Below are positions 8,312-19,674 of a DNA stretch of 24,000 nt, piece after piece. Below the pieces are notes generated by a model. That model had not been told where the DNA came from. It saw only the letters and a program-made list of their open reading frames with translations, and did not search any database. The stretch comes from Mycoplasma sp. P36-A1 (GTDB taxonomy: Bacteria > Bacillota_I > Bacilli_A > JAJDGJ01): the NCBI RefSeq assembly GCF_049478495.1, contig NZ_CP168083.1, positions 1,832,991 through 1,856,990 on the forward strand. The letters run 5' to 3'. A program made the translations under genes and the position numbers. The first letter of the stretch is position 1, and each line of letters opens with the position of its first letter.

Positions 8312-9592
8312 ATGATTAATAATAACATAATTAATAAAAACAATAAAGAATTAAAAGAAATTATTGGAATTAATGATTCCAATATTAATATATATAAATT
8401 TCAAGATGAAAAAATTAAAGATAATATTTCTAAAGTATTTTATGGAATTCTATTTTTTAATGATAATGTTTGCCCTAAATGTAATAAAGTTCATAATAAA
8501 TTTTATGTACATAATAAAAAAGTATCTCTTATTAAATTACCTATGGTTTCTGGTTTTGATGCTTATTTAAAACTTACTAAAACTCGTTATAAATGTATGG
8601 AATGTAATAAAACTTTTATTCCTGCTAATACCCTAACTAATCCTGGATGTTTTATTTCTAATAAAGTTAAATATCTTATTGCTCTTAAATTAACTGATAT
8701 GCTTACTTGTACTTATATTGCTAAAGATCATAATGTATCTACACATTCTGTTTTTAGAGTATTAGATACTTATGCAGAGGCTGCTAAATCTACTACTATT
8801 AAATCCTATTTACCAAAAGTACTTCATTTTGATGAGTTTAAATCTACTAAAGATGCTGATGGCAATATGTCCTTTGTTATTATGGATGGTGAAAAAAGAA
8901 AGCTACTAGATATCGTAGAAAACAGACAAAAAGCTTACTTAGAGAACTATTTTAGCTACTATACAAAAGAAGCTATTGATAATGTTGAATATATTGTAAT
9001 TGATATGTATACACCTTATATTGAAATCATTAAAAATGTCTTTACTAATGCTAAAATAATATTAGATAGATTTCATATTTATCAGAATTTAACTAGAGCC
9101 TTTAATAAAACTAGAGTTGCAATTATGAATGCAGATGAAAAAAACAGAAATAAGTTCAAAAATTTTTGGAAACCTATATTACAGTTAAAAGAGAATCTTT
9201 CAGAAGTGATGTTTAAGCATGCAACCTTTAATTATAAGTTCACAAACAATAAAGCAATTCTAAATTATTTAATCGAAAATAATGAGGACTTTAAAAATAA
9301 TTATGAAATATATCAAGATTTACTATTTTCTTTAAAATACAATAATATGGAAATGTTTAAGAAAACAATTGATCAGCCTAATAAATTAGCTTCAGATAAA
9401 ATTAAAACTTGTATATCTACCTTTATTAAGTATTTTGAATATATTAAAGATAGTTTCGATGTTGAGTATAATAATGGAATAATAGAAGGTACAATATCTA
9501 AATTCAAGAAGTTAAAAACAATATCTTGCGGGTTTAGAAGATTTGAAAGATTAAAAACTAGAATAATGATACAAGAATTATTAATTGTATAG
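8312..9592 (+). CDS. ISL3-family transposase, apparently intact (426 aa)
   Basis: N-terminal zinc-ribbon CPKC...CMEC, catalytic-region motifs LHFDEFK, VIDMYTPY, LDRFHIYQN, and C-terminal YNNGIIEGTISKFKKLKTISCGFRRFERLKTRIM. RBS AAGGAG. Confidence 0.94.
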   Translation: MINNNIINKNNKELKEIIGINDSNINIYKFQDEKIKDNISKVFYGILFFNDNVCPKCNKVHNKFYVHNKKVSLIKLPMVSGFDAYLKLTKTRYKCMECNKTFIPANTLTNPGCFISNKVKYLIALKLTDMLTCTYIAKDHNVSTHSVFRVLDTYAEAAKSTTIKSYLPKVLHFDEFKSTKDADGNMSFVIMDGEKRKLLDIVENRQKAYLENYFSYYTKEAIDNVEYIVIDMYTPYIEIIKNVFTNAKIILDRFHIYQNLTRAFNKTRVAIMNADEKNRNKFKNFWKPILQLKENLSEVMFKHATFNYKFTNNKAILNYLIENNEDFKNNYEIYQDLLFSLKYNNMEMFKKTIDQPNKLASDKIKTCISTFIKYFEYIKDSFDVEYNNGIIEGTISKFKKLKTISCGFRRFERLKTRIMIQELLIV

Positions 9593-9601
9593 AAAAAGCA
9601 T

Positions 9602-9633
9602 AAAAAAAAGGATACAACATTTCTGTTATATCC
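9602..9633 (-). terminator. Intrinsic terminator inside the IS right end, oriented against incoming minus-strand transcription
   Basis: Minus strand: GGATATAACA-GAAA-TGTTGTATCC (with a U-G wobble) followed by TTTTTTTT. Confidence 0.65.
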
Positions 9634-9686
9634 TGTACTAACTCATATATCAAATTGTAAAATTCCACCCTATTTGACAAAGAGCC

Positions 9687-9694
9687 AAAAAAAT
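9687..9694. repeat. Right 8-bp target site duplication AAAAAAAT
   Basis: Identical to 8163-8170. Confidence 0.8.
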
Positions 9695-9718
9695 GCTGAT
9701 AAGTACTATCAACATTTT
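9687..9718 (-). terminator. atp operon intrinsic terminator; T-tract interrupted by the IS
   Basis: Minus strand: AAAATGTTGATA-gtact-TATCAGCATTTT followed by T7, then the IS end. The IS left flank (GCAAAAAAAAAT) indicates an ancestral T9 tract. Confidence 0.8.
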
Positions 9719-9725
9719 ATTTTTT

Positions 9726-10130
9726 TTAATTTCTAAATTGTTCGTAAGCATTTTTTCTATTTAGATTTTTTCCTAATTTTACTTCAGCTTGTTTTATTTC
9801 AAAACTAGTGCTTGCTGTTTCTATTGTTTTTTTACTTGCTTCTATTTCTGCTAATACTCTTTCTAAATCAATATCTGAAATATTTTCGGCTGAGTTTACA
9901 AAAATAGTTACTAAATTATTCCATACAAATAAGTATCCACTACTTACTGTCATTTCAAATCTTTCTCCATTTTCATCTTCATAAGTTAATATACCATCAT
10001 TAATCTTATCTACCATTGGTGCATGGTTTGTTAATATTCCTACCATACCATTTGATGTTGGTACATTTACTATTTTAGCTCTACCTTCAAATTGTTTTCT
10101 TTCAGCTTCAGAGATTACTAATGTAAACAT
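9726..10130 (-). CDS. atpC: F-type ATP synthase epsilon subunit
   Basis: 134 aa, N-terminal beta-sandwich motif (VPTSNGMVGILTNHAPMV), last gene of the atp operon. Confidence 0.94.
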   Translation of the reverse strand: MFTLVISEAERKQFEGRAKIVNVPTSNGMVGILTNHAPMVDKINDGILTYEDENGERFEMTVSSGYLFVWNNLVTIFVNSAENISDIDLERVLAEIEASKKTIETASTSFEIKQAEVKLGKNLNRKNAYEQFRN

Positions 10131-10141
10131 TATATCAACTC

Positions 10142-13978
<3,837 letters not shown>

Positions 13979-13985
13979 TTATCTA

Positions 13986-14519
13986 TTATTTTTTTAAGAT
14001 CGTTGTTTTCATACGATCTAATTTATTTGCGATACTTCCATCTATTACTAAATCATTTATTACTACTTTTATTCCAGCAAGTAGTGTTTCGTCGATTCTA
14101 TTAATAGCAACATATTTTTGATTATATTTATTTTCTAAGGCATCTTTTATTTCTTCTAATTGAGTTTGATTTAACTCTTTAGTTGAGTAAATTATTGCTT
14201 CATGTATTTTATAGTGTTTAAGGTAAGCATTTTTATATGCTTTTGTAATATCAACAATGTATCTTACTCTTGATTTATCAACTAGTAACTTTAAAAAGTT
14301 TAGTACATCTTTGTCTAAGATATTTGAAAAAATATTTTCTATCATTTCTTTTTTGTTTATCTTAGATAAATTTTTACTTTCTAGTATTTTAACTAAATCT
14401 TTATTTGAAGAAATGATTTCATTAATGCTAGACATTTGTTCTAAAACTATATCTTGTTTATTGTCTTCTAGCGCTAAATCAAACATTGCATTTGCGTAAG
14501 CTACACTAACTGCTTCCAT
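13986..14519 (-). CDS. atpH: F-type ATP synthase delta subunit
   Basis: 177 aa, MEAVSVAYANAMFDLALE..., C-terminal IDETLLAGIKVVINDLVIDGSIANKLDRM (delta/OSCP signature). Confidence 0.95.
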   Translation of the reverse strand: MEAVSVAYANAMFDLALEDNKQDIVLEQMSSINEIISSNKDLVKILESKNLSKINKKEMIENIFSNILDKDVLNFLKLLVDKSRVRYIVDITKAYKNAYLKHYKIHEAIIYSTKELNQTQLEEIKDALENKYNQKYVAINRIDETLLAGIKVVINDLVIDGSIANKLDRMKTTILKK

Positions 14520-15019
14520 TATTCGTTTAACTCCTTAATGAAGTCTTGAACAATATTTTCAGATTTTTGTTCATCAATATTTCCTTTAACAATTTTACGT
14601 GCAACATCCATTGCTATATCAACAACTTGACCTTCTACTTCTTTTTGTGCTGAAGCTTTTTCTCTTTCTATTTCAATACGTGCTTTTTCCATTTTATCTG
14701 TTGCTTCATTTTGTGCCTTATTAAGTATATCTTCTTTAATTTTTATCGCTTCATCTTTAGATTTATCTAAAATTGATTTTGAATCAATGCGAGCTTGTTT
14801 AAGTGCTTCGTTTGCTTGTTGTTCAAACTCTACTGCTTTTTTGTTTGAAGTTGATGCTGATTCAACTTGATTCAAAATATACTCTTCTCTTCTTTGTAAG
14901 AAGTCCATAAGTGAATTCCAAAAGAATTTCTTGAAGAAGAAGAATAATATTCCTGTACCTATCCAAACAGTTATTAATTTTGCAAGTGTAGGAAACAAAT
15001 TTATTTCTACATTACTCAT
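14519..15019 (-). CDS. atpF: F-type ATP synthase b subunit
   Basis: 166 aa, N-terminal TM followed by a long charged helix; position between c and delta genes. Confidence 0.95.
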   Translation of the reverse strand: MSNVEINLFPTLAKLITVWIGTGILFFFFKKFFWNSLMDFLQRREEYILNQVESASTSNKKAVEFEQQANEALKQARIDSKSILDKSKDEAIKIKEDILNKAQNEATDKMEKARIEIEREKASAQKEVEGQVVDIAMDVARKIVKGNIDEQKSENIVQDFIKELNE

Positions 15020-15037
15020 ATTATTTTTCTCCTTTCA

Positions 15038-15274
15038 TTAAGACATTTTTGTAAAGATTAGAATTAATGCAATCAATAGTCCATAAAGTGCTGATGATTC
15101 AGCTACTGCTTGACCAATGATCATCATTGTTCTTATTTTTCCTTCTGCTTCTGGGTTACGTCCTACTGCTTGTGCAGCTCCTGATGCTGATACCCCTTGT
15201 CCTGCTCCAGTTCCACAACCTGTAAGTACAGCTAGTCCTGCACCTATTGCGATTAATCCATTATTTATATCCAT
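15038..15274 (-). CDS. atpE: F-type ATP synthase c subunit, tandem copy (4th in transcription order)
   Basis: 78 aa with GAGQG, RNPEA and GQAVAESSALYG motifs; identical to three neighbours. Confidence 0.97.
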   Translation of the reverse strand: MDINNGLIAIGAGLAVLTGCGTGAGQGVSASGAAQAVGRNPEAEGKIRTMMIIGQAVAESSALYGLLIALILIFTKMS

Positions 15275-15292
15275 AGTATTTTTATCCTTTCA

Positions 15293-15529
15293 TTAAGACA
15301 TTTTTGTAAAGATTAAAATTAATGCAATCAATAGTCCATAAAGTGCTGATGATTCAGCTACTGCTTGACCAATGATCATCATTGTTCTTATTTTTCCTTC
15401 TGCTTCTGGGTTACGTCCTACTGCTTGTGCAGCTCCTGATGCTGATACCCCTTGTCCTGCTCCAGTTCCACAACCTGTAAGTACAGCTAGTCCTGCACCT
15501 ATTGCGATTAATCCATTATTTATATCCAT
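15293..15529 (-). CDS. atpE: F-type ATP synthase c subunit, tandem copy (3rd)
   Basis: Identical 78-aa protein, 255-bp offset. Confidence 0.97.
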   Translation of the reverse strand: MDINNGLIAIGAGLAVLTGCGTGAGQGVSASGAAQAVGRNPEAEGKIRTMMIIGQAVAESSALYGLLIALILIFTKMS

Positions 15530-15547
15530 AGTATTTTTATCCTTTCA

Positions 15548-15784
15548 TTAAGACATTTTTGTAAAGATTAAAATTAATGCAATCAATAGTCCATAAAGTG
15601 CTGATGATTCAGCTACTGCTTGACCAATGATCATCATTGTTCTTATTTTTCCTTCTGCTTCTGGGTTACGTCCTACTGCTTGTGCAGCTCCTGATGCTGA
15701 TACCCCTTGTCCTGCTCCAGTTCCACAACCTGTAAGTACAGCTAGTCCTGCACCTATTGCGATTAATCCATTATTTATATCCAT
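15548..15784 (-). CDS. atpE: F-type ATP synthase c subunit, tandem copy (2nd)
   Basis: Identical 78-aa protein, 255-bp offset. Confidence 0.97.
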   Translation of the reverse strand: MDINNGLIAIGAGLAVLTGCGTGAGQGVSASGAAQAVGRNPEAEGKIRTMMIIGQAVAESSALYGLLIALILIFTKMS

Positions 15785-15802
15785 AGTATTTTTATCCTTT
15801 CA

Positions 15803-16039
15803 TTAAGACATTTTTGTAAAGATTAGAATTAATGCAATCAATAGTCCATAAAGTGCTGATGATTCAGCTACTGCTTGACCAATGATCATCATTGTTCTTA
15901 TTTTTCCTTCTGCTTCTGGGTTACGTCCTACTGCTTGTGCAGCTCCTGATGCTGATACCCCTTGTCCTGCTCCAGTTCCACAACCTGTAAGTACAGCTAG
16001 TCCTGCACCTATTGCGATTAATCCGTTATTTATGTCCAT
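15803..16039 (-). CDS. atpE: F-type ATP synthase c subunit, tandem copy (1st)
   Basis: Identical 78-aa protein; adjacent to the atpB stop codon. Confidence 0.97.
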   Translation of the reverse strand: MDINNGLIAIGAGLAVLTGCGTGAGQGVSASGAAQAVGRNPEAEGKIRTMMIIGQAVAESSALYGLLIALILIFTKMS

Positions 16040-16041
16040 AT

Positions 16042-16797
16042 TTATTTACCCCCACTCTTTTGATTCATTGCATCAAAATCTAATTCTAAGCTAGTAAATA
16101 CAAGTGTTAGCAATGTAAATACAAATGCTTGAATTGCTCCGGCAAATACATCAAAATAGAAATGTAATGGTGGAGAAACTACACCACCTATTATATTCAA
16201 CAACGGTAATCCATCGGCATCAAGTGGTCCAAATACAAATATTTGATTTTGTAACCACGCTGTTGCGGTCATAAACACCATCATAATTAATGTTCCCGAT
16301 AATAAGTTACCAAAAATACGCATTGACATACTTAATGGTTTGGCAACTATGTCCATTAAGTTTAGAGGTAGCATAACAGGTACTGGTTCAAAGTAACCTT
16401 TAACCATGCTTTTTGCTCCATTAAACTTAAACTCATAAACGTATTTAAATGCAAACGTTATTAGCACTAATGCAAGTGGTATATTATAGTCTGTTGTCGG
16501 TGCATCTAATGGTAACAATAATGGTAGCCAGTTACATGTTAACAACAATAATATTAGCATTGTACAATAAGGTTTAAGTATACCTGCGCGTCCTTTGAAC
16601 ATTTGATCAACTAAACCACTCATCATATCATAATATATTTCTATGATTGTCATAAACTTGCCATTTTTTTTGAATGGATCTTGTTTATTAATGTAGTTTC
16701 CAGCAATTACAAACACTATACATAAGAATATTACTACTCCAATATAGGTAATTGTTTGTTGAGACTGTAGTTCTAAGAAGCTATTTACTATATTCAT
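16042..16797 (-). CDS. atpB: F-type ATP synthase a subunit
   Basis: 251 aa, PLSMSMRIFGNLLSGTLIM (essential Arg helix), C-terminal AGAIQAFVFTLLTLVF. Confidence 0.97.
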   Translation of the reverse strand: MNIVNSFLELQSQQTITYIGVVIFLCIVFVIAGNYINKQDPFKKNGKFMTIIEIYYDMMSGLVDQMFKGRAGILKPYCTMLILLLLTCNWLPLLLPLDAPTTDYNIPLALVLITFAFKYVYEFKFNGAKSMVKGYFEPVPVMLPLNLMDIVAKPLSMSMRIFGNLLSGTLIMMVFMTATAWLQNQIFVFGPLDADGLPLLNIIGGVVSPPLHFYFDVFAGAIQAFVFTLLTLVFTSLELDFDAMNQKSGGK

Positions 16798-17143
16798 CCT
16801 TTATACCTCCTTTAATTCCATATATTAATATCGCTATTCTGATATTCATACAACCTAAGAAAGTGCATATTAATCCTTCAACATTCATCCATTTAATTGA
16901 AAGAATCATTACAAATGCATATAACACTATTCTTAACAGGTAATTACTCAGATTTCTAGTTATCCCTGATTTGCTTCCACTAATATCAAAAAACTTATCA
17001 TTTAATGTTAAATTAATATTGCTTACTAAAACCCCTAGAATATAACAAATTGCATATTCATATTTTTTTGTAGCAATCATTATTCCAACTATGAATAACA
17101 ATGCGATTATTAAACCAATTTTTCTAAATTCTTTAATTATCAC
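16781..17143 (-). CDS. atpI: ATP synthase-associated membrane protein, AtpI-like
   Basis: 120 aa, four hydrophobic segments, immediately upstream of atpB and overlapping it by 17 bp. Confidence 0.65.
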   Translation of the reverse strand: MIIKEFRKIGLIIALLFIVGIMIATKKYEYAICYILGVLVSNINLTLNDKFFDISGSKSGITRNLSNYLLRIVLYAFVMILSIKWMNVEGLICTFLGCMNIRIAILIYGIKGGIKDEYSK

Positions 17144-17360
17144 GACTAATCACCACCAACCTAATTAAACCTAAAATTACAAACAATATTCCTAATAAGA
17201 CTGTTACTATTACAGCTATTCCATTATTGTTAAAAAATTTGTCATCTAAATACATCCCAATCAAAACAGAAGCAGCCATATATCCACCTAGTGAACTTAA
17301 AGTTGAAACAATTTGACGGTTAGTTTGTGAGTTGTGATTACCTTTATTACTTCGTTCCAA
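17133..17360 (-). CDS. atpZ: AtpZ/AtpI-domain small membrane protein; start tentatively TTG at 17360 rather than the track start at 17381
   Basis: Two TM helices with ...LSSLGGYMAASVLIGMYLDDKFFNNNGIAVIVTVLLGILFVILGLIRLV, typical of the ATPase_gene1 family. AGGGG lies about 8 nt upstream of the TTG. Confidence 0.65.
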   Translation of the reverse strand: MERSNKGNHNSQTNRQIVSTLSSLGGYMAASVLIGMYLDDKFFNNNGIAVIVTVLLGILFVILGLIRLVVISRDN

Positions 17361-17973
17361 ACAAACGATCCCCTGCATCACCTAGACCAGGAATTATATA
17401 ATTATTTTCATTTAATTTTTCATCTAATGAAGCTAAGACTATTTCTACATCTGGGTGTTTTTCATGAACTGCATTAATACCTTCCATAACACCAACTAAA
17501 CAAACTAGTTTAATTTTTTTAGCACCTGCTGCTTTAATTATATCTAAGACTGATGTAGCACTAACACCTGTTGCTAGCATTGGATCTAAAACCATTACAT
17601 ATGCATCTTCTATACCAACTGGTAATTTTTTAAAGTATTCTACAGCTTCAAATGTTTCTTCATCACGATATACTCCTACATGACCTATTTTAGCAGTTGG
17701 AACTAAACTTCTAATTCCATCAACCATTCCTAAACCTGCTCTTAAAATTGGCACTAATATTATATCTTCTGCTAATGTAACACCTGTTGTTGAAACTATA
17801 GGTGTATCTATTTCAATTTCTTTTGTTTTAACATCTCTTGTAATCTCATAAGCCATTAATCCTGCAATCTCATCTAGATTTTGTCTAAAATCTTTTGTAG
17901 ATGTATCTTTTTTACGCATGATTGTCAACTTATGCTTTATAAGTGGATGATCAAGAACTTTGTATTTTTTCAT
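17347..17973 (-). CDS. upp: Uracil phosphoribosyltransferase
   Basis: 208 aa, MKKYKVLDHPLIKHKLTIMRKKDTSTKDFRQNLDEIA, VPILRAGLGMVDG, LDPMLATGVSA, PGLGDAGDRLFGT. Confidence 0.98.
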   Translation of the reverse strand: MKKYKVLDHPLIKHKLTIMRKKDTSTKDFRQNLDEIAGLMAYEITRDVKTKEIEIDTPIVSTTGVTLAEDIILVPILRAGLGMVDGIRSLVPTAKIGHVGVYRDEETFEAVEYFKKLPVGIEDAYVMVLDPMLATGVSATSVLDIIKAAGAKKIKLVCLVGVMEGINAVHEKHPDVEIVLASLDEKLNENNYIIPGLGDAGDRLFGTK

Positions 17974-17974
17974 A

Positions 17975-18415
17975 TTATTTTTCCTCCAAATTCATCATTT
18001 TATTAACGCGTCTTTCATGACGATCGCCTTCAAATGTTTCGTTTAACCAAGCATTGATGATTTCAATCATTAAACCTTGCCCAATTACACGTTGCCCAAA
18101 TGCTATCATATTAGCATTGTTATGTCTTCTTGACATTTTTGCACTAAATGTATCATGACATAATGCAGCTCTAATTCCTTTTACTTTATTAGCCGCAATA
18201 CTAATTCCAATACCTGTACCGCAAATTAAGATACCTGGGATACCCTCAAGTAATACTACATCTGCAGCTGCCTTTGCAATATCTGGATAGTCTACACTTT
18301 CACTGGTATGTGTGCCAACATCCATAACTTCATAACCATGTTCTAAAAGGTATTGCTTCAATACTTCTTTGTATTCAAAACCTCCATGATCGCTACCTAT
18401 AACTAATTTTTTCAT
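17975..18415 (-). CDS. rpiB: Ribose-5-phosphate isomerase B
   Basis: 146 aa, IGSDHGGFEYKE, GILICGTGIGISIAANK, RRHNNANMIAFGQRVIG. Confidence 0.96.
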   Translation of the reverse strand: MKKLVIGSDHGGFEYKEVLKQYLLEHGYEVMDVGTHTSESVDYPDIAKAAADVVLLEGIPGILICGTGIGISIAANKVKGIRAALCHDTFSAKMSRRHNNANMIAFGQRVIGQGLMIEIINAWLNETFEGDRHERRVNKMMNLEEK

Positions 18416-18417
18416 AA

Positions 18418-19020
18418 CTAATCACTCACTCCCTTTAAATCATTTAGTGTTATTGTACCTTCTCTAAGAATTACAAATCCTTGATCGCTTACATTAACTA
18501 CTGTACTTGGCATTTGATGACCTGAGTCACCTTTTACGATAGCTTCAATGTGCCCATTGAATTGTTTATACACTTCATCAAAATCCTCTAAAGCAGGTTG
18601 GCCTGAAATATTAGCACTTGTAACATACATTGGTATTTGTATATTTTCTAACATCGTTCTAATCTCATCATCATCAGGTACCCTAATTCCCACAGTCTCA
18701 TCTAAACCAACTAAATTAACATTTGCTAATTTAGGTAAAACTATTGTAATTGGCCCTGGCATAAATTTTTCAATTACCTTTGCTGCAGTTTCATTGATTT
18801 GTGCATACTTTTTAATATCATTTACATTATGTAACATGAGAGTTAACTGTTTACTTTGAGGACGTTTTTTAGCGTCAAATAATTTGTTATACGCTAAAAA
18901 AGAGTCGCTTCTAATTCCAATTCCAAATACTGTCTCGGTTGGAAATGCAATGACTCCATCATTTTCTACTATTTCTTTTAAGTCTTTTGTTTTGTTTGAT
19001 TTTAGTATTTTTGTTAACAT
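18418..19020 (-). CDS. tsaC: Threonylcarbamoyl-AMP synthase (TsaC/YwlC/Sua5 family), start adjusted from 19083
   Basis: GVIAFPTETVFGIG, KKRPQSKQLTLM, PGPITIVLPK, YVTSANISGQPA. ATG at 19020 is preceded by AAAAAGGATG; the upstream part of the track ORF overlaps the promoter. Confidence 0.92.
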   Translation of the reverse strand: MLTKILKSNKTKDLKEIVENDGVIAFPTETVFGIGIRSDSFLAYNKLFDAKKRPQSKQLTLMLHNVNDIKKYAQINETAAKVIEKFMPGPITIVLPKLANVNLVGLDETVGIRVPDDDEIRTMLENIQIPMYVTSANISGQPALEDFDEVYKQFNGHIEAIVKGDSGHQMPSTVVNVSDQGFVILREGTITLNDLKGVSD

Positions 19021-19066
19021 ATAAACATCCTTTTTGAACACAATTATCTCTATGATATTTATTGTT

Positions 19067-19094
19067 ATTATACTACTAACCACCTAAAAATCAA
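19067..19094 (-). promoter_or_regulatory. sigma-A-type promoter (TTGATT - 16 - TATAAT) for tsaC-rpiB-upp-atp
   Basis: On the + strand: ATTATA at 19067-19072 and AATCAA at 19089-19094. Confidence 0.6.
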
Positions 19095-19333
19095 TACAAT
19101 TATTGAGTTATTTTCGTTTTTGTATTTGTCAACACCTATAAGTGCAATCATAGTGTGTTATCAAATTTGCCTATATGTAAATAACGATTGACAAATATAA
19201 TACATTTATACTATTATTAAACATTTTTATTATTGATTAGCGAATATTTATACCTTTTGTGACACAACTATAACTTTTGTTGATACTTTTTACTTTACGT
19301 AAAACTTTCTTAAAAATCATTGTGAATTTTAAA

Positions 19334-19363
19334 ACAAAAAAAATAGGCGTAGCCTATTTTTTT
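19334..19363 (-). terminator. Intrinsic terminator of csp
   Basis: Minus strand: AAAAAAATAGGC-TAC-GCCTATTTTTTTTG, overlapping the csp stop codon. Confidence 0.75.
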
Positions 19364-19551
19364 CTGATATCATTTGCTTGTAAACCTTTGTCAGTTTCAA
19401 CAATTTCAAATGTTACGTCTTCGTTTTCTTCTAAAGTTTTGTATCCGTCTTCTTTGATTTGGCTGAAGTGAGCAAATACTTTTTGTCCATTTTCAGCTTC
19501 AATGAATCCGTAACCTTTAGTAGCGTTAAACCATAAAACTTTCCCGTTCAT
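19354..19551 (-). CDS. Cold-shock protein (CspA family), start adjusted from 19686
   Basis: MNGKVLWFNATKGYGFIEAENGQKVFAHFSQI...; the extra 45 N-terminal residues in the track correspond to the 5'UTR. Confidence 0.95.
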   Translation of the reverse strand: MNGKVLWFNATKGYGFIEAENGQKVFAHFSQIKEDGYKTLEENEDVTFEIVETDKGLQANDIRKK

Positions 19552-19674
19552 AAATTTCAGTTCCTTTCGTTTATTTAGAAACGGTTCTTCCCAGCCATTA
19601 TTATAAATCATACTATTACTTACAAATACTAGAATTAATCCTACTGTGCATGTGATAACTTCATTTCTACTGTT

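Larger units (their letters stand above)
8171..9686 (+). mobile_element. Complete ISL3-family insertion sequence, about 1516 bp
   Basis: ISL3-type transposase, imperfect terminal IRs (left GGTTCTATAATTTATAGGGTGGAAT, right GGCTCTTTGTCAAATAGGGTGGAAT, 18/25 identical) and an 8-bp direct repeat AAAAAAAT at 8163-8170 and 9687-9694. Confidence 0.93.
15034..16040. repeat. Four direct tandem repeats with a 255-bp period (atpE plus intergenic RBS)
   Basis: Copies start at 15038, 15293, 15548 and 15803 in exact 255-bp steps. I see differences only at an aGaatt/aAaatt site (copies 1 and 4 vs 2 and 3, numbered left to right) and in the 5' codons of the rightmost copy (ccGttatttatGtccat). Confidence 0.95.

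Noticed and set aside
8364-8570. 68-aa + strand ORF inside the transposase region
   Set aside because: Nested out of frame in the ISL3 transposase with a low-complexity hydrophobic product; spurious.
8042-9725. Possible novel accessory/defence module in the gap between aph-like and atp operons
   Set aside because: The gap is fully explained by one ISL3 element plus a host promoter and terminator.
15034-16040. Tandem array considered as CRISPR or a satellite/minisatellite
   Set aside because: Each 255-bp unit is a full coding gene with an RBS; there are no short repeats with unique spacers.
15882-16094. 70-aa + strand ORF over the rightmost atpE
   Set aside because: Antisense shadow of atpE. 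Open frames of this sort recur because atpE is repeated, so this is not independent evidence.
19277-19471. 64-aa + strand ORF antisense to csp
   Set aside because: Covers the csp terminator and coding region; no homology-like features.
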